DNA from: Rhina ancylostomus
Lineage: Eukaryota
Assembly: GCA_030265395.1 (NCBI GenBank)
Contig: JARFYF010000029.1
Coordinates: 12,555,666-12,619,665 of the forward strand
Direction: 5' to 3'
Length of the DNA stretch: 64,000 nt
Shown here: one piece after another, positions 61,886-64,000 of the stretch
How positions within the stretch are numbered: position 1 is the stretch's first letter
Layout: the number at the start of each line of letters is the position of its first letter
Program-made: the position numbers and the translations under genes
The notes under the pieces: generated by a model
The model's database searches: none
Told to the model about the DNA's origin: nothing
The model's input: the letters and a program-made list of their open reading frames with translations, nothing else

Positions 61886-62859
61886 GATTTGATTAATTTG
61901 ATTTTTAATCTTTAAGTAGGTAGACAACTTGGTGAAACTAATTATAAACTAATTGGAACTGTATGGAGTAGCTACAAACAAAATCAGAGTGTAAAGGGAG
62001 ATTGTGACTGTAAATAAGTTTTGTGTGATTTGGAGTGGAGATTTGTTACTCTGCTGTGGCTACATCTTGCCATTCATTCTGTTCAAAACTGTCATTAGTT
62101 GTAGGAAGAGCTATGCAAATGTGAGTACAAGCACATGGTGAGTATTGAAGTGCAAGCAGAGCCAAGACACATTAAAATCAACTACCTTGTGCACACTTCC
62201 ATAGCTCTAGACCAATTGCCAACAATAGCAATAAAAAAAATAATGTAAAATATAGAAGGACAAAATATTTCATTTTTACTTGTAATAAATCTTGCTGCAA
62301 AATAAACAGGTTACTTAAAAAAAGTGAATAGACTGGAAAAATAGGAATGGTGCTTTTGAAAGGTTGCATGGAGTGATGTGTTACTTGGTGGTCATAAATT
62401 ATGGTTTTTAGACACTGAATAGTACTGATGATTTTTGTTTAATGGAGGTTAGCGGTATGTCAGAAGATAACAATGCCAAACCTGGGGAAATGATGTTGAG
62501 GAGAAAACTTGCCAGCTATTTCTAATATCTATTTACTTTAAATGACTTCCCACAAGGTTGGCTATTTGTTGGCCACAACAGATTTGAAAGCAAAGAGATG
62601 ATTAATGCTTTGATTTCTGAAAACCAGAACACTATGGTCCTCAGGTGGCAAGTTGGGTAGAATCTATTTTTCATTTTTGCTTATTTTAACACTGAAGCCT
62701 TGTTGGCACTCTTAAGGATGATTGCTAAGTATGGACATTCAGCTCAGCCAGCCCTCCATGTGTAGCAGCAGCTGCGTGGACACTGCGGTGGCTTCAGGCA
62801 GTGGGCTGAATCAAGGATGATCCCACTGAATGAAACTGGGAAAGTATATAACTCCTCCT

Positions 62860-63167
62860 ACAGTTCCTCCTACACCACCCCAGCCTCTTTCTTTCCCCTT
62901 CCATCCCTTCATCCACCCACTCCATTTGCCTATCACTCCTCCCACTAGCTCCCCTTCCTCCTCCATCTGCTTCTCAACCTTCCTCACCTGGATCCACCTA
63001 TCATTTTCCAGCTCTTGCACCACCCATTCCCCTCAACCCTTTGTACTGGCTGTCTCCTCTCTACCTTTCAGTCTAGATGAAAGGTTTCAACCGAAATATT
63101 GAACATCCATTTCCCTCCACAGATGCAGCTTGACCCAGTGAGTTCCTCCAGCATTTTGTTTATTGCT
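62860..63167 (+). mobile_element. Penelope-like 3' terminus with decayed hammerhead
   Basis: C-rich tract homologous to 7335-7480; CAGTC-TAGATGA-aaggtttcaacc-GAAAT-att at 63069-63100. Confidence 0.78.
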
Positions 63168-63334
63168 AAGTATATAATTGTTGCATTCACTTCAAAATTC
63201 AGTGGGTTAGTTTATTTTAAAATTTCATTGAATACATTTAAAATTGGAGCTCATGATGAATCAAAATTATGAAGAAAAGATTTTGGTTTAACTATTATTG
63301 AGTGCTAGATTGTTCACTGGCTAAGGCTACAACA

Positions 63335-64000
63335 GGACATTGATCAACTGGGAAAGGTGGCATGGGTCTGGCAGATGGAATTTAACTCAGACAAGTTTGA
63401 AGCGATACATTTTGGGAAGTTAAAGCAGTGCAGGAAATACACAGTGAATGGCAGTGCCCTGAGGAATGTTGCTGAACAGAGGGGATACAGCTAGATCCTT
63501 GAAAATGGGAACATAGGTAGACAAGGTGGTGAGGAAGGCATATTCCCTTCATTGGGTAAGGCCTTGTGTATAAAAGTTGGTAAGTCATTTTACGGATGTA
63601 CAAAGCATTAGTTAAAGCATACTTGGAGTATTGTGTGGCGTCTGGTCACTGCAATGTAGGAAGCATGTGATTAAGCTAGAGAGGTTGCAAAAGAGATTCA
63701 CAAGGATGTTGCTTGGGTTGGAGTACTTGAGTTATCAGGAGAGATTGGATAAACTAGGTCTGTTTTCTTGGAATGAAGGAGGCTGAGAGATGACATGATA
63801 GAAATATCTAAAATTATGAGAAGATAGATAGCGTAAATAGCCAGTGTCTGTTTCCCATGGTGGGGTACCTAAAACTAGAAGTCATAGGTTTAAGGTAAGA
63901 GGGAAGAGGCTTAAAGGGGATCTGAAGGGTACATTTTTCACACAAAGAATAGTTGATATTTGGAAATGAGCTGCCATCGGAGGTGGTGGAGGCAGAAACA
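63335..64000 (+). mobile_element. CR1 LINE 3' part, runs off the window
   Basis: LQQDIDQL..WQMEFNSDK and LERLQKRFTRML motifs. Confidence 0.9.

Overview
Eukaryotic (vertebrate) genomic DNA, AT-rich and gap-ridden, with a repeat complement typical of a cartilaginous fish (shark or ray): HE1-type V-SINEs, CR1 LINEs, Rex1/Babar, RTE, Penelope-like elements and Deu-domain SINEs. The window appears to lie inside one + strand gene, CADPS2 (Ca2+-dependent secretion activator 2). Two consecutive coding exons are visible (37944-38055 and 46111-46250, C2 domain to just before the PH domain), and both are missed by the ORF track; the rest is intron. The long ORFs in the track are N-gap artefacts or decayed retroelement fragments. 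The most notable non-genic signals are: about ten Penelope-type termini carrying decayed minimal hammerhead ribozyme motifs, several arranged as fold-backs; two solo-LTR families with 5-bp target duplications nested in one CR1; a candidate 25-nt poison microexon / recursive splice site upstream of the first exon; and repeat-free, homeobox-site-dense blocks that may be long-range enhancers. I see no evidence for a wholly new protein-coding system. Family names come from motif recognition, not database searches, and most repeat boundaries are approximate.
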